From contig OY760175.1 of the NCBI GenBank assembly GCA_963663165.1, positions 832,001 through 896,000 on the forward strand: 64,000 bases of DNA. The letters run 5' to 3'. This DNA is from an uncultured Desulfospira sp. (GTDB lineage Bacteria; Desulfobacterota; Desulfobacteria; Desulfobacterales; Desulfobacteraceae). Numbering within the stretch: position 1 is the stretch's first letter; each line of letters opens with the position of its first letter. The translations under genes were made by a program, and so were the position numbers. The notes beneath the pieces were generated by a model. That model was not told the DNA's origin. It did not search any database and was given only the letters and a program-made list of their open reading frames with translations. Shown piece after piece: positions 42,271 to 51,696 of this stretch.

Positions 42271-42494
42271 GGCGTTTTCCTCCTGTTGGTATTTTAAGGT
42301 TATGGTTTTGGGACGAAATTACTTTGGGGAATACCGCTTTTGGAAAGGATTGGCGGCTTACCGCTTCAGCTCGAGAGTTCGTCCCTCATCATTGCCGGAA
42401 AGCCTTTAGCAATCATCGTCTTAAAACGTTTATATCTTCGGATAAATTGTTATATAAGTTTGATTATATGAAATATTTTGTGATTGTCAATATT

Positions 42495-42585
42495 TTTATA
42501 TGAAAGTCTCATTAACATCCTGATAAGACTTTCATTATTCGTTGTGGGCGGTTCTTGGTTGGATAACCAAGGCGGCCCGTGGCCG
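42495..42585. repeat. Dispersed 91-bp structured repeat, copy 1
   Basis: Four mismatches versus 52930-53020; shortened variant at 29788-29821. Confidence 0.9.
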
Positions 42586-42588
42586 GTA

Positions 42589-42975
42589 TCAAGGAAAAAT
42601 CAATTTATCCAGAATTAAGCCATAAAACCGGTTCACCATGCCGCCGGTTTCGCCGGAAAAAATCCAGCCCAGATGGGATCCGCACCCGGCACAGGCACCA
42701 ATGGTCCATGAATATCCGGGAAACCAGGTAAATTCATCAGATCGTTGGGAAACCGGCACACACCCCGGGGCATGGGAAAAACAGCCGATTTCAAATACAT
42801 TGCCGTGGGGATTGGCAAACACATGGGCATGGGCATCATTGACCCGGATGCTCAGTTCCGGTTTGGTAACAAGTTGGCTGCAAACCCTGCAGATAATCAC
42901 CTTTTCATCTTCAACGAGGGTCTGGCTGTCGGGTTCTGTAAGGGTCTCAGACCGCTGTTTGCAAATAACGGCCAT
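42589..42975 (-). CDS. Cereblon-family (CULT / thalidomide-binding domain) protein
   Basis: CRVC and CAGC zinc ligands, NPHG, FTWFPGYSW, HLGWIF. Confidence 0.9.
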   Translation of the reverse strand: MAVICKQRSETLTEPDSQTLVEDEKVIICRVCSQLVTKPELSIRVNDAHAHVFANPHGNVFEIGCFSHAPGCVPVSQRSDEFTWFPGYSWTIGACAGCGSHLGWIFSGETGGMVNRFYGLILDKLIFP

Positions 42976-42980
42976 GACAG

Positions 42981-43697
42981 TTACCGGTCTTCTTTGTCAA
43001 TCACATACAAAGTGGCCCCCACCGGCGCAAAAGAAAGGATAAGGATATTCAGCCAGGGGATGAGAAACAAAAGCCCGAATCCCAGGTGAAACAGCAGATG
43101 ACGCTTTAAAAAGCCAAGCCTTTCGGAAAAGGGTTTCATCCGCCGGGCCGGCACAAGGTCGGTATTGTCCCAGGCCATAAACATGGCCCCGGCCATGGCG
43201 GAGATGATCAAAATCGCAGGACTGATGGGGGTGAACAGGCCAAGCCCCATGATTACAATACTGATCAGCACCGGGATCACGGCTCGGGGGATTTCCTGCC
43301 TGATCAGATAAATGAAAAAAGCCACCCAGGAGGCCTGAACCGGATGTTTTTCATGGCCTAGAACCAGTCTTTCTGTAATCCTGGACATATAGTCCATGAT
43401 AAACACACAGAAAAACAACTGGGCAATGAGGTAAGCAATGATCATGGCAATGCCGGCCAGAAACAAGGACAGCAGCCAGGAGGCCACATGCCAGACATAT
43501 ATCAGCCACCCGCCGTCGGGTGCCGTCCATATCATGGACAGAATATTGTCATGATGAAGCAAAATTAACCCGCTTAAAGAAAGGGTCAAGGCAAACACCA
43601 CAAAAAATCTGAGCAGCCCGAGCAACAGTAGTGAAGGGGTTTTTAAAGAAAGAAGCAGTCCTTTGATGTTATATTGAATTCCTGAAAAAAATTCCAT
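42981..43697 (-). CDS. EI24/CysZ-like membrane protein
   Basis: Multi-TM; MDYMSRITE, GFG..LIPWLN..FAPVGAT. Confidence 0.75.
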   Translation of the reverse strand: MEFFSGIQYNIKGLLLSLKTPSLLLLGLLRFFVVFALTLSLSGLILLHHDNILSMIWTAPDGGWLIYVWHVASWLLSLFLAGIAMIIAYLIAQLFFCVFIMDYMSRITERLVLGHEKHPVQASWVAFFIYLIRQEIPRAVIPVLISIVIMGLGLFTPISPAILIISAMAGAMFMAWDNTDLVPARRMKPFSERLGFLKRHLLFHLGFGLLFLIPWLNILILSFAPVGATLYVIDKEDR

Positions 43698-43781
43698 TTT
43701 ATCCCTTGATAATCCTGGTAATGGTTGTATTTATTCCCTTACTATAGAAAATATTAAATCCGACTTCAAGGAGTTTGCCCC

Positions 43782-44660
43782 ATGAAGACCTATTATGTGG
43801 ACGGCCGGTTTGTCCCGGCAGATCAGGCCGTCATTCCAGTTGATGACCTTGCTGTGCTCAGGGGATATGGTGTGTGCGACATCATGCGGACCTATAACGG
43901 CAGACCCTTTTTTTTAAATGAACATATCAGGCGGCTCCAGCATTCCGCCGCCCAGATCGGCTTGACCCTGCCCTGGGATGAGGACCGGATCAAAGAAATC
44001 GTTCTTGAAACCATTGAAAAAAATTTCAACGGTTCTTTATCAGGTGCCGGCCGCCCCGATGACAGCGAAATGGATGAGGCCAATATCCGGATTGTCATCA
44101 CCGGCGGTTCCAGCCCTGACTTTTTAAATCCCAAGGGCCGGCCCCGCCTCATTGTTCTGGTTACCCCCATTACCAAACTGCCCGAAGAATGGTACACCGA
44201 TGGGGCCAAGATTATCACCGTTGAACGGGAAAGATCCATTCCCGGGGCCAAGGTGACCTCTTACGTCCCGGCGGCCCTGGCCCTTAAAAAAGCCAAAACC
44301 GTGGGGGCCATGGAGGCCCTGTATGTGAATTCAGCCGGGGAGGCCCTTGAATGCACCACCTCCAATTTATTTGCCTTTTTCGGCAATTGCCTGGTAACGG
44401 CAGGCTCCGGCATTCTTAAGGGCATCACCCGGGAACTGATCATGACCCTTGGTGCCGATATGTTCGAGATAAAAGAAGAAAAACTGCTGTTAAAGGATCT
44501 TCTCAAGGCAGATGAGGTCTTTATCACGGGCACCAACAAGGGCGTGGTTCCGGTGATTCAAATTGACGATACCGTTATCAAGGACGGCCGGCCCGGAAAA
44601 AACACCCTTAAAATTCTCAATGCCTTGAACCGGCACGCCGAAGAATTTTCTAAATCTTAG
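43782..44660 (+). CDS. Aminotransferase class IV (branched-chain/D-alanine aminotransferase family)
   Basis: LRGYG, H..RL..SA, ECTTSNLF, ILKGITR, ADEVFITGT. Confidence 0.92.
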   Translation: MKTYYVDGRFVPADQAVIPVDDLAVLRGYGVCDIMRTYNGRPFFLNEHIRRLQHSAAQIGLTLPWDEDRIKEIVLETIEKNFNGSLSGAGRPDDSEMDEANIRIVITGGSSPDFLNPKGRPRLIVLVTPITKLPEEWYTDGAKIITVERERSIPGAKVTSYVPAALALKKAKTVGAMEALYVNSAGEALECTTSNLFAFFGNCLVTAGSGILKGITRELIMTLGADMFEIKEEKLLLKDLLKADEVFITGTNKGVVPVIQIDDTVIKDGRPGKNTLKILNALNRHAEEFSKS

Positions 44661-44676
44661 CTATCCGGATATATTT

Positions 44677-45579
44677 ATGCCCCAGGCCCGGTACATTGAA
44701 ACAAGGCGTCAGGGACGCCTGAAACAAAAAATCAAACAGGCCTATGACCTGATGGAAAGCTGCTGCCTGTGCCCCAGGGAATGCCAAGTGGACCGTGCCC
44801 GGGATCAGACCGGGGTCTGCAGGGCTTCAAACGTTCTGGAAATTTCAAGTTACTGTCCCCACTTTGGTGAAGAGCCCCCCTTGTCCGGGACCCAGGGCTC
44901 GGGCACCATTTTTTTTACCCATTGCAGCTTGCGGTGCCTTTTCTGCCAGAACCATGACATCAGCATCCAGGGCCAGGGCCAAAGGGCCCAAACCGGCCAG
45001 TTGGCTTCGGTCATGCTGGCCCTTCAAAAGGCCGGATGCCACAACATCAACCTGGTCACCCCGGGGCATTTCCTGCCCTTTATCCTTGAAGAACTCGATA
45101 TTGCGGCCCGGAACGGCCTGACGCTTCCTTTGATATACAACTCATCAGGGTATGAACGCCTTGAAGCCCTCAAAATCCTGGACGGGATTGTGGATATTTA
45201 CCTTCCGGATTTTAAATTCTGGGACCCGGACATCGCCCAAAAAATCTGCAACGCCCGGGATTATCCGTCCGTCGCCCGGCAGGCCGTAACGGAAATGTTC
45301 CATCAGGTCGGGAATCTTAAAACCGATTCAAAGGGCATTGCCGTTTACGGTCTTCTTGTCCGCCACCTGGTGTTGCCTGAAAACCTGGCCGGCACCCGTG
45401 AAGTGGTAGAATTTTTAAGCCGGAATGTCTCCCCAAACTGCCGGATCAATGTCATGTCCCAATACCGGCCCATGTACCGGGCCCGCACCCTGCCTGAACT
45501 GTCAAGACAGGTCTCAGCCTTAGAATACAAAGACGCGTTAAACCTTGCAAAGCGGTCCGGTCTGTCAACTGGCGATTAA
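44677..45579 (+). CDS. Radical SAM protein, PflX-like
   Basis: CCLCPREC, HFGEEPP, CSLRCLFCQN, DIYLPDFK, LVRHLVLP. Confidence 0.9.
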   Translation: MPQARYIETRRQGRLKQKIKQAYDLMESCCLCPRECQVDRARDQTGVCRASNVLEISSYCPHFGEEPPLSGTQGSGTIFFTHCSLRCLFCQNHDISIQGQGQRAQTGQLASVMLALQKAGCHNINLVTPGHFLPFILEELDIAARNGLTLPLIYNSSGYERLEALKILDGIVDIYLPDFKFWDPDIAQKICNARDYPSVARQAVTEMFHQVGNLKTDSKGIAVYGLLVRHLVLPENLAGTREVVEFLSRNVSPNCRINVMSQYRPMYRARTLPELSRQVSALEYKDALNLAKRSGLSTGD

Positions 45580-45606
45580 AAAACAGTTGACCGGGGAATG
45601 GCCTTA

Positions 45607-45638
45607 TTGTATCTTGAAATACATAACGTGTTATACAA
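45607..45638. promoter_or_regulatory. Candidate operator upstream of the relic operon/marR
   Basis: ATAAC-GT-GTTAT palindrome nested in TTGTAT...ATACAA. Confidence 0.4.
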
Positions 45639-45680
45639 ATCACCCTTGATTCACCCGAGCCCAAATGGAGGGAATAACCT

Positions 45681-45824
45681 ATGGAGCAGTATGGGTTACT
45701 CATCGACTATCATTATTGTACGGGGTGCCATAGCTGTGAGGTGGCCTGCCAGCAAGAGCACAGTCTCCCTGCGGATACCTTCGGAATCACCGTAACGGAA
45801 TATGTTTTGAAAAACTGGTGGTGA
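45681..45824 (+). pseudogene. Truncated 4Fe-4S (DmsB/NrfC-like) subunit, N-terminal 47 aa only; absent from the ORF track
   Basis: RBS GGAGG; MEQYGLLIDYHYCTGCHSCEVACQQEH then stop. Confidence 0.8.
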
Positions 45825-46090
45825 TTGACCCGCGCATGTCCTGGGCCGCTACCCGTGCCGACCTGTGGCTGCGTCCCCGTCCCGGGACAGACGGCGCGCT
45901 GGCCCTGGGACTGCTCAATGTCATTATCAATGAAAACCTTTATGATAAGGAGTTTGTCGAGAAATGGACCCACGGCTTTGACGAACTCAAACAACGGGTT
46001 CAGGAATACCCGGTACAAAAAGTCTCCCAAATCACCTGGGTCCCGGCAGAAGATATCGTCAAGGCGGCCCGAAGGAAAATCCCGCAATGA
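45810..46090 (+). pseudogene. Internal fragment of a molybdopterin oxidoreductase catalytic subunit
   Basis: KLVVIDPR..ADLWLRPRPGTDGALALG..LYDKEFVEKWTHGFDEL..ITWVPAEDI; no N- or C-terminus. Confidence 0.85.
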
Positions 46091-46539
46091 ATTCACACCG
46101 TACGCTTAATAATGTCTTACGGATCAAACGACTATACTCCTACCTGAACAAAAACCGAACCCAATGGCTCTCCACCTTTGACATCACCGCAACCCAATGT
46201 GATATTCTCATGTTTCTGTACGATAACATGGACAATAAGGAAATAAATCAAAAATCCCTTGAAGAATACCTTATGGTCAGTAACCCTGCCGTTTCAGGCG
46301 TCATAAAGCGGCTCCAGGATAAAGGGCTTATCTCAAGCAAACAAAGCACCATTGATGCCCGGAACAAATGCCTGACGCTTACAAAACCCGGACTTCATTG
46401 TGCCCAAACCATTATTGAAAAAGGAAGGGACAGCCAGGACCTTCTGTTGATAAAGGGCATGACCAAAGAGGAGGCGGACCAGTTTCAAAAACTCCTGAAC
46501 CATGCGTTAAAAAATCTGGAAGTCAAAAAAGGAAAATAA
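46087..46539 (+). CDS. MarR-family transcriptional regulator
   Basis: 150 aa; ITATQ..L, VSGVIKRLQDKGLI, DARNKCLTLT. Confidence 0.88.
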   Translation: MNSHRTLNNVLRIKRLYSYLNKNRTQWLSTFDITATQCDILMFLYDNMDNKEINQKSLEEYLMVSNPAVSGVIKRLQDKGLISSKQSTIDARNKCLTLTKPGLHCAQTIIEKGRDSQDLLLIKGMTKEEADQFQKLLNHALKNLEVKKGK

Positions 46540-46555
46540 TCCCTCACGCCCGGGT

Positions 46556-47497
46556 TTATTTTATTCCCCCTACCCCCTGCAAAGCCGTCCGGTCTCTTTT
46601 TTGATCCAGCAAAAGGGCTTTGGTCAACCATTCTTTGAACAATTGAACGCCCTGTGTGGTTTGATGAGAATCAGGCCATGAAAAATAGTAACCGCCTGTT
46701 TTTATCGTGGCAAGGCCAAAGGGCGCTGCCAGCCGGCCGGAGGCCAGTTCCTCCCTTATCAGAAACAGATCCCCCAATGCCACCCCTATGCCTGCCGTGG
46801 CAGCCTGGAGAGCGGCATCATCCACCTCAAACACCTGCCCTTTATCCAGGGGAAGATCCGGCACGCCGTTCTGGTCGGCCCATGCGGCCCACTCCTTTAA
46901 ATCGGGGCTGTTATGGAGCAGCATGTGGTGTTTCAAGTCTCCAGGGCGGCAAAGGCCGGGATTACCCCGGGCGAGTTTGGGAGAACAGACCACAACGAGC
47001 TGTTCCGTGAGAATCACCTGCCGGTTCACGCCGGGGATTTTTTCACCCAGATGGGTGATGCCCGCATCAAAATTCTCCCTTGAAAAATCCACATTGACAC
47101 TGGATGTGGTAAACCGGACCTGGATGTCCGGGTAAAGGGCCTGAAAGAGATGAAGCTTTGGAATCAGCCAGCGGATGGCAAAGGTGGGGTGAACCTTTAA
47201 GTTTAAATCATGGGGATGGCGGGTCAGGCGCTCCAGGGCATTGGAGATAATGTCAAAGGCCCGGGCAAGGTCCCGGGAAAGCACCCTGCCCTGATCGGTC
47301 AGGACAAGTTCCCGGTGATGCCTGTGGAACAGCACCACGTTAAGCGCGGTTTCCAGAAGCTTGACCTGGCGGCTCACCGCGCCCTGGGTCACGCTCAGTT
47401 CCCGGGCCGCCCGGGTAAAGGACAGATGCCGCGCGGCCGCCTCAAACGCCTTGAGCCCGTTCAGGGACGGCAGATGGCAGATATGGGGATTTTGCAT
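46556..47497 (-). CDS. LysR-family regulator (GcvA-like)
   Basis: LPSLNGLKAFEAAARHLSFTRAARELSVTQGAVSRQVK. Confidence 0.93.
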   Translation of the reverse strand: MQNPHICHLPSLNGLKAFEAAARHLSFTRAARELSVTQGAVSRQVKLLETALNVVLFHRHHRELVLTDQGRVLSRDLARAFDIISNALERLTRHPHDLNLKVHPTFAIRWLIPKLHLFQALYPDIQVRFTTSSVNVDFSRENFDAGITHLGEKIPGVNRQVILTEQLVVVCSPKLARGNPGLCRPGDLKHHMLLHNSPDLKEWAAWADQNGVPDLPLDKGQVFEVDDAALQAATAGIGVALGDLFLIREELASGRLAAPFGLATIKTGGYYFSWPDSHQTTQGVQLFKEWLTKALLLDQKRDRTALQGVGGIK

Positions 47498-47510
47498 GAG
47501 TTTTTCTCAT
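47496..47510. promoter_or_regulatory. LysR-type binding site overlapping the regulator start
   Basis: ATGAG-N5-CTCAT dyad containing T-N11-A in the divergent lysR/rocD region. Confidence 0.55.
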
Positions 47511-47647
47511 CCTTTGGATGTCTTAAAATGATTTGACCGGTCTGTTTAATACTGTAATATTATAAAAATAAAAACCCTGTGCTTATATTTATCTTGAAAA
47601 AAAATCGGGCATAAGGCGTTTGCACCCCATCCATGAAAGGCAAAGCC

Positions 47648-48856
47648 ATGAAGACAAAAGAATATATCGACCTTGAAGACCGTTACGGTGCCAGAAACTA
47701 CAAACCCCTGGACATTGTTCTTTGCCGGGGCGAAGGCATCTGGGTATGGGATGTGGACGGCAACCGATACCTGGACTGCCTGTCTGCCTATTCCGCCGTG
47801 AACCAGGGCCACTGCCACCCCAAGATCCGTCAGGCCATGCTGGAACAGGCCGATAAACTGACCCTGACCTCCCGGGCCTTCCGCAATGACCAGCTGCCCC
47901 TTTTGTATGAGCAGTTGTGCCGCCTGACCAACTCCCACAAGGTGCTGCCCATGAACTCCGGGGCTGAGGCCGTTGAAACCGTGATCAAGTGTGCCAGAAA
48001 ATGGGGATATGAATCCAAAGGGATTGCCAGAGACCAGGCTCAGATCATCGTATGCCAAAACAATTTTCACGGCCGGACCCTGTCCATCATCGGGTTCTCC
48101 ACCGACGACAACGCCCGGGAAAATTTCGGCCCCTTTACCCCGGGGTTTGTCACCATTCCCTTTGGGGATGCCGCGGCCCTTGAAGATGCCATCACCCCCG
48201 ACACCGTGGCCTTTTTAGTGGAACCCATCCAGGGAGAAGCCGGTGTTATCATCCCGCCCAGGGGATATTTAAAGAAAGTTCGAAAGATCTGCACCCGGAA
48301 CAATATCCTGATGATTTTAGATGAAATCCAGACCGGCCTTGGCCGGACCGGCAAGCTTTTGGCCGAAGAACACGAAGGGGTTCAGGCCGACCTGACCCTC
48401 ATCGGCAAGGCGTTGTCCGGCGGATTCTACCCGGTCTCTGCGGTGCTCTCCAATGAGGCGGTACTCGGGCTGCTTCAGCCGGGCCAGCACGGCTCCACCT
48501 TTGGCGGCAACCCCATGGCCTGTGCCGTGGCCCGCATGGCTTTAACGGTTCTGGTTGAAGAAAATATGGTGGAAAATGCGGCACAGATGGGCACCTATTT
48601 TCTGGATCAGCTCAACAAAATCAAACACCCGGCCATCAAGGAAATACGGGGGATCGGCCTGATGATCGCCGTTGAACTTCATGAGGGGACAAAAGGCGGT
48701 GCCCGGGCCATTTGTGAGGATCTTTCCCACATGGGTATCCTGTGCAAGGAAACCCACACCTATACCATCCGCTTCGCCCCGCCCCTGATCATTGGAAAGG
48801 CCGATATTGACTGGGCCGTTGAAAAAATCAACCAGGCCTTTAAAAATTTAAAATAG
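47648..48856 (+). CDS. rocD: Ornithine aminotransferase
   Basis: [53 protein letters not shown]. Confidence 0.95.
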   Translation: MKTKEYIDLEDRYGARNYKPLDIVLCRGEGIWVWDVDGNRYLDCLSAYSAVNQGHCHPKIRQAMLEQADKLTLTSRAFRNDQLPLLYEQLCRLTNSHKVLPMNSGAEAVETVIKCARKWGYESKGIARDQAQIIVCQNNFHGRTLSIIGFSTDDNARENFGPFTPGFVTIPFGDAAALEDAITPDTVAFLVEPIQGEAGVIIPPRGYLKKVRKICTRNNILMILDEIQTGLGRTGKLLAEEHEGVQADLTLIGKALSGGFYPVSAVLSNEAVLGLLQPGQHGSTFGGNPMACAVARMALTVLVEENMVENAAQMGTYFLDQLNKIKHPAIKEIRGIGLMIAVELHEGTKGGARAICEDLSHMGILCKETHTYTIRFAPPLIIGKADIDWAVEKINQAFKNLK

Positions 48857-48947
48857 CAGGAAATTCCTTGAAATTCGGCCTATTTTTAAAGATATTGGTT
48901 TCTTGAATTTAAATTTGGTGGTTACACGGCTTGAGGAGGCATGGCCC

Positions 48948-49790
48948 ATGGGAATTGATGATATCATAATCGACAAAGAAAAATGCGTCAGGGACGGCCG
49001 CTGCGCCGCCATATGCCCATCCATCTTCCATGTCTCTTCTGAATCCGGCGGCTATCCGGTGGTGTTGGATTCCGAAAAGGAAATGTGCATGGGATGCGGG
49101 CAGTGTGTGGCCATCTGCCCTGCCGGTGCGATCACCAACGGAAACATCACCTTGGACACCTGCCCGGCCATTGAACCGGATTTGACCATCAATGAAAAAC
49201 AGATGATCCAGTTTTTAAGGTCCAGAAGAAGCGTTCGGGTCTATAAGCGAAAAGCCGTGGAACCGGCCGTGATCGAAAAACTCATTCGCATCGCCCAATA
49301 TGCCCCGAGTGCCGGCAACGGCCAGGAGGTTGAGTGGACGGTTTTCAACGGCCGGGCCCGGCTGGACAATTTCGTGAATGCAGCCATGGGATGGCTCAAA
49401 AAAGAGATTCAAGAGAATCCCACCGGCGAAATCGGAAGCTACGCCGCCCATCATGCCATTCTTAAGGATTGGGAAACCCGCAAACTGGATGGCCTGCTCT
49501 GGGGGGCGCCGGCCCTACTGATCGCCTCTTCGGATCAGGATTCCTGTGAAGCCATGGTCAATATCTCCCTGGCCCTGTCCTATCTGGACCTTGCCGCCCC
49601 AGCCCTGGGGCTTGGCACCTGCTGGACCGGCACCTTTAATGAGGCCATGGGCCACAACCCGTTAAAGGCAGAAATCGGTCTGCCCCCAAACCATACCCAC
49701 CACTATGCCATGATCCTGGGATATCCCAGGCACCCGTTTTTACGACTGCCCCCCAGAAAGCCGCCGGTTATTCACTGGCAGGCAAAATAA
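48948..49790 (+). CDS. Nitroreductase with N-terminal ferredoxin domain
   Basis: CVRDGRCAAICP, CMGCGQCVAICP, RRSVR, APSAGN, GLGTCW; RBS GAGGAGG. Confidence 0.9.
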   Translation: MGIDDIIIDKEKCVRDGRCAAICPSIFHVSSESGGYPVVLDSEKEMCMGCGQCVAICPAGAITNGNITLDTCPAIEPDLTINEKQMIQFLRSRRSVRVYKRKAVEPAVIEKLIRIAQYAPSAGNGQEVEWTVFNGRARLDNFVNAAMGWLKKEIQENPTGEIGSYAAHHAILKDWETRKLDGLLWGAPALLIASSDQDSCEAMVNISLALSYLDLAAPALGLGTCWTGTFNEAMGHNPLKAEIGLPPNHTHHYAMILGYPRHPFLRLPPRKPPVIHWQAK

Positions 49791-50027
49791 GGGCCTGACC
49801 GGCCACTTTCAGGCGATTAAAGGGCAAAGGGATTAATCAGAGCCCTGGTGGTCAACATTCCATATTGGGGATATTTCAATGTGGGTGTCGTCCTCATGGG
49901 AATTTTTAATGATCTGGCCTCCCGATAGTTTTACTATTGAATGCTGTTTTGAAATAGGCTTTGGGGGCGTGGATACGATAGTACTTGACCTTAATTAAAT
50001 ATGGTGTCCCACGAATCCCAAAGGATT

Positions 50028-50792
50028 TTAAAACCGGAGTGACAGGCAGCTCAGCCCGCCGTCCAGTTTTCTGAATTCCGAGGTGTCCACGGCCATGGTT
50101 TTGAGCCCGGCATCTTCGATCAATTTTCTTGTTTTGGGAAACCATTCCGGGACAATCACATAATCGTTGACCCGGATGCAGTTGGCCGCGTAACTCTCCT
50201 CTTCGGGAATCTCAATCATATCAAAGGAACGGAACTCTTTTTTATTTTTGAATTCGCCTGCCGCCAAAAGGATGTTCTCTTCCAGGTATGACAACCCGGT
50301 CTTTAAGTGAAGCATATCGCTCATTTCAACCATGGACCCGTCCATCCCGTGGGCACTCAAGGCCGCAATGAGCTGCGCCGCCCCTTCCCGGTTGGTCCGG
50401 TCCGAAAGGCCGATATAATAGTGGTCCTTTACCATCATCACATCCCCGCCTTCCAGGGTGCCCGGGGCCGTTATCTGCTCAATGTGGTCATAAAATCCGC
50501 TGAGGACGGCTGCCGTGTCTTCTTGTTCCCCCATCCGGGACCGGGCGCCGGGGCGGGTGACCATGGCAAAGGCCCGGGTGCAGACGGCCACATCCTCAAT
50601 AAAACAGGAATCCGGAAAATTCTCGTCCGGGTCCAGCACGGTCACGCCGACCCCGCAGGCCTCAAGGGCCCGGATATAGGTTTGGTGCTGTTCCAACGCC
50701 TTCGCATAATCAGGGGCGCCCAGTTCAGGCGAAGCGGTAATGCCGGCCGTTAAAGTAGATGCCGGGGTTTTAACAATGGCATATTTAAACAT
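50028..50792 (-). CDS. Dimethylarginine dimethylaminohydrolase (amidinotransferase/pentein family)
   Basis: PDSCFIED, LEGGD, HLKTG, GGLSCLS catalytic motifs; 254 aa. Confidence 0.9.
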   Translation of the reverse strand: MFKYAIVKTPASTLTAGITASPELGAPDYAKALEQHQTYIRALEACGVGVTVLDPDENFPDSCFIEDVAVCTRAFAMVTRPGARSRMGEQEDTAAVLSGFYDHIEQITAPGTLEGGDVMMVKDHYYIGLSDRTNREGAAQLIAALSAHGMDGSMVEMSDMLHLKTGLSYLEENILLAAGEFKNKKEFRSFDMIEIPEEESYAANCIRVNDYVIVPEWFPKTRKLIEDAGLKTMAVDTSEFRKLDGGLSCLSLRF

Positions 50793-50892
50793 AATCTTTC
50801 CCTTTGAATATTAGACTTACGGTATTGGCCAGATGAATATTCCTTTTTAAAGAGGATTTCAATTTTTGACCTTCAGCCTTCAGGCTAACTAC

Positions 50893-51696
50893 CTAAAGCA
50901 TTCCGGCCCTGAAGGCCTTTAAGTAGTTCATACAATACCCGTCCCTGCCGGCAAGGGCCTCAGCCGTTACAATGGCGGCCATCATCTTTTGGTCCAGGGG
51001 GTTGGCAATGGCGCCGTCCAGTCCCTTGGCAACGGCCATGGCCATGAAGGTCCGGTTCATGAGCCCCCTTGCAGGCATGCCAAAGGAGATGTTGGACAGC
51101 CCGCACATGGTGTGGATGCCTTCATGCCGGTCCATGAGCTTTTCAATGGTGTCTAAAAATGCCGTGCCAAAAGAGACATTGGTGCTGATGGCCTGAACCA
51201 GGGGGTCAACATAGATATTTTCAGGTTTCACATTGGCCTGGATCAGCTTATTGATCAGCGCATCGGCAATGGAAAGCCGTTCATCCACCGTGGCCGGGGT
51301 GCCTTTGTCGTTCATGCAAAGGGCAATGATTTTAAAGTCGCTGCCGGACACCATGGGCAGCATGGCTTCAAGCTTGTCCGTTTCAAGGGAGATGGAGTTA
51401 ATCATGGGGGGGGTGCCGGTTTTGGCGGACAGATAATTTAACGCCTGGTCCAGCACTTCAGGGTTGGGGCTGTCAACACAGACCGGGATGTCGCAGGCAT
51501 CAAGAATCTGGTCAATGACCCATTTAAGGCAACCGGTCTCCTTGTCCCTGAAGACCCCGGCATTGGCATCAATATAGGCAGCCCCGGCCCCGGCCTGATC
51601 CTGTGCAAGTTTCCGGATAAAGGCCCCGTCCTTTGTTTCAATGGCGGTCTGTACGGCCTTCCGGGTGGCGTTGATCAATTCACCGACGATAATCAT
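50893..51696 (-). CDS. Methyltetrahydrofolate:corrinoid methyltransferase (AcsE-like pterin-binding)
   Basis: MIIVGELINATRK, VDSPN, INSIS, YVDPLV, GLSNISFGMP. Confidence 0.92.
   Translation of the reverse strand: MIIVGELINATRKAVQTAIETKDGAFIRKLAQDQAGAGAAYIDANAGVFRDKETGCLKWVIDQILDACDIPVCVDSPNPEVLDQALNYLSAKTGTPPMINSISLETDKLEAMLPMVSGSDFKIIALCMNDKGTPATVDERLSIADALINKLIQANVKPENIYVDPLVQAISTNVSFGTAFLDTIEKLMDRHEGIHTMCGLSNISFGMPARGLMNRTFMAMAVAKGLDGAIANPLDQKMMAAIVTAEALAGRDGYCMNYLKAFRAGML

Noticed and set aside
42305..42420. Known riboswitch (c-di-GMP-I/II, c-di-AMP, fluoride) or hammerhead ribozyme
   Set aside because: Only short fragments (GCAATGATG, GGAAAGCC) resemble them; the conserved cores are absent. 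Kept only as an unassigned candidate.
49840..50015. Possible gene remnant and TATGGTGTCCC REP-like end between convergent genes
   Set aside because: Single short occurrence with no start codon or recognisable homology.
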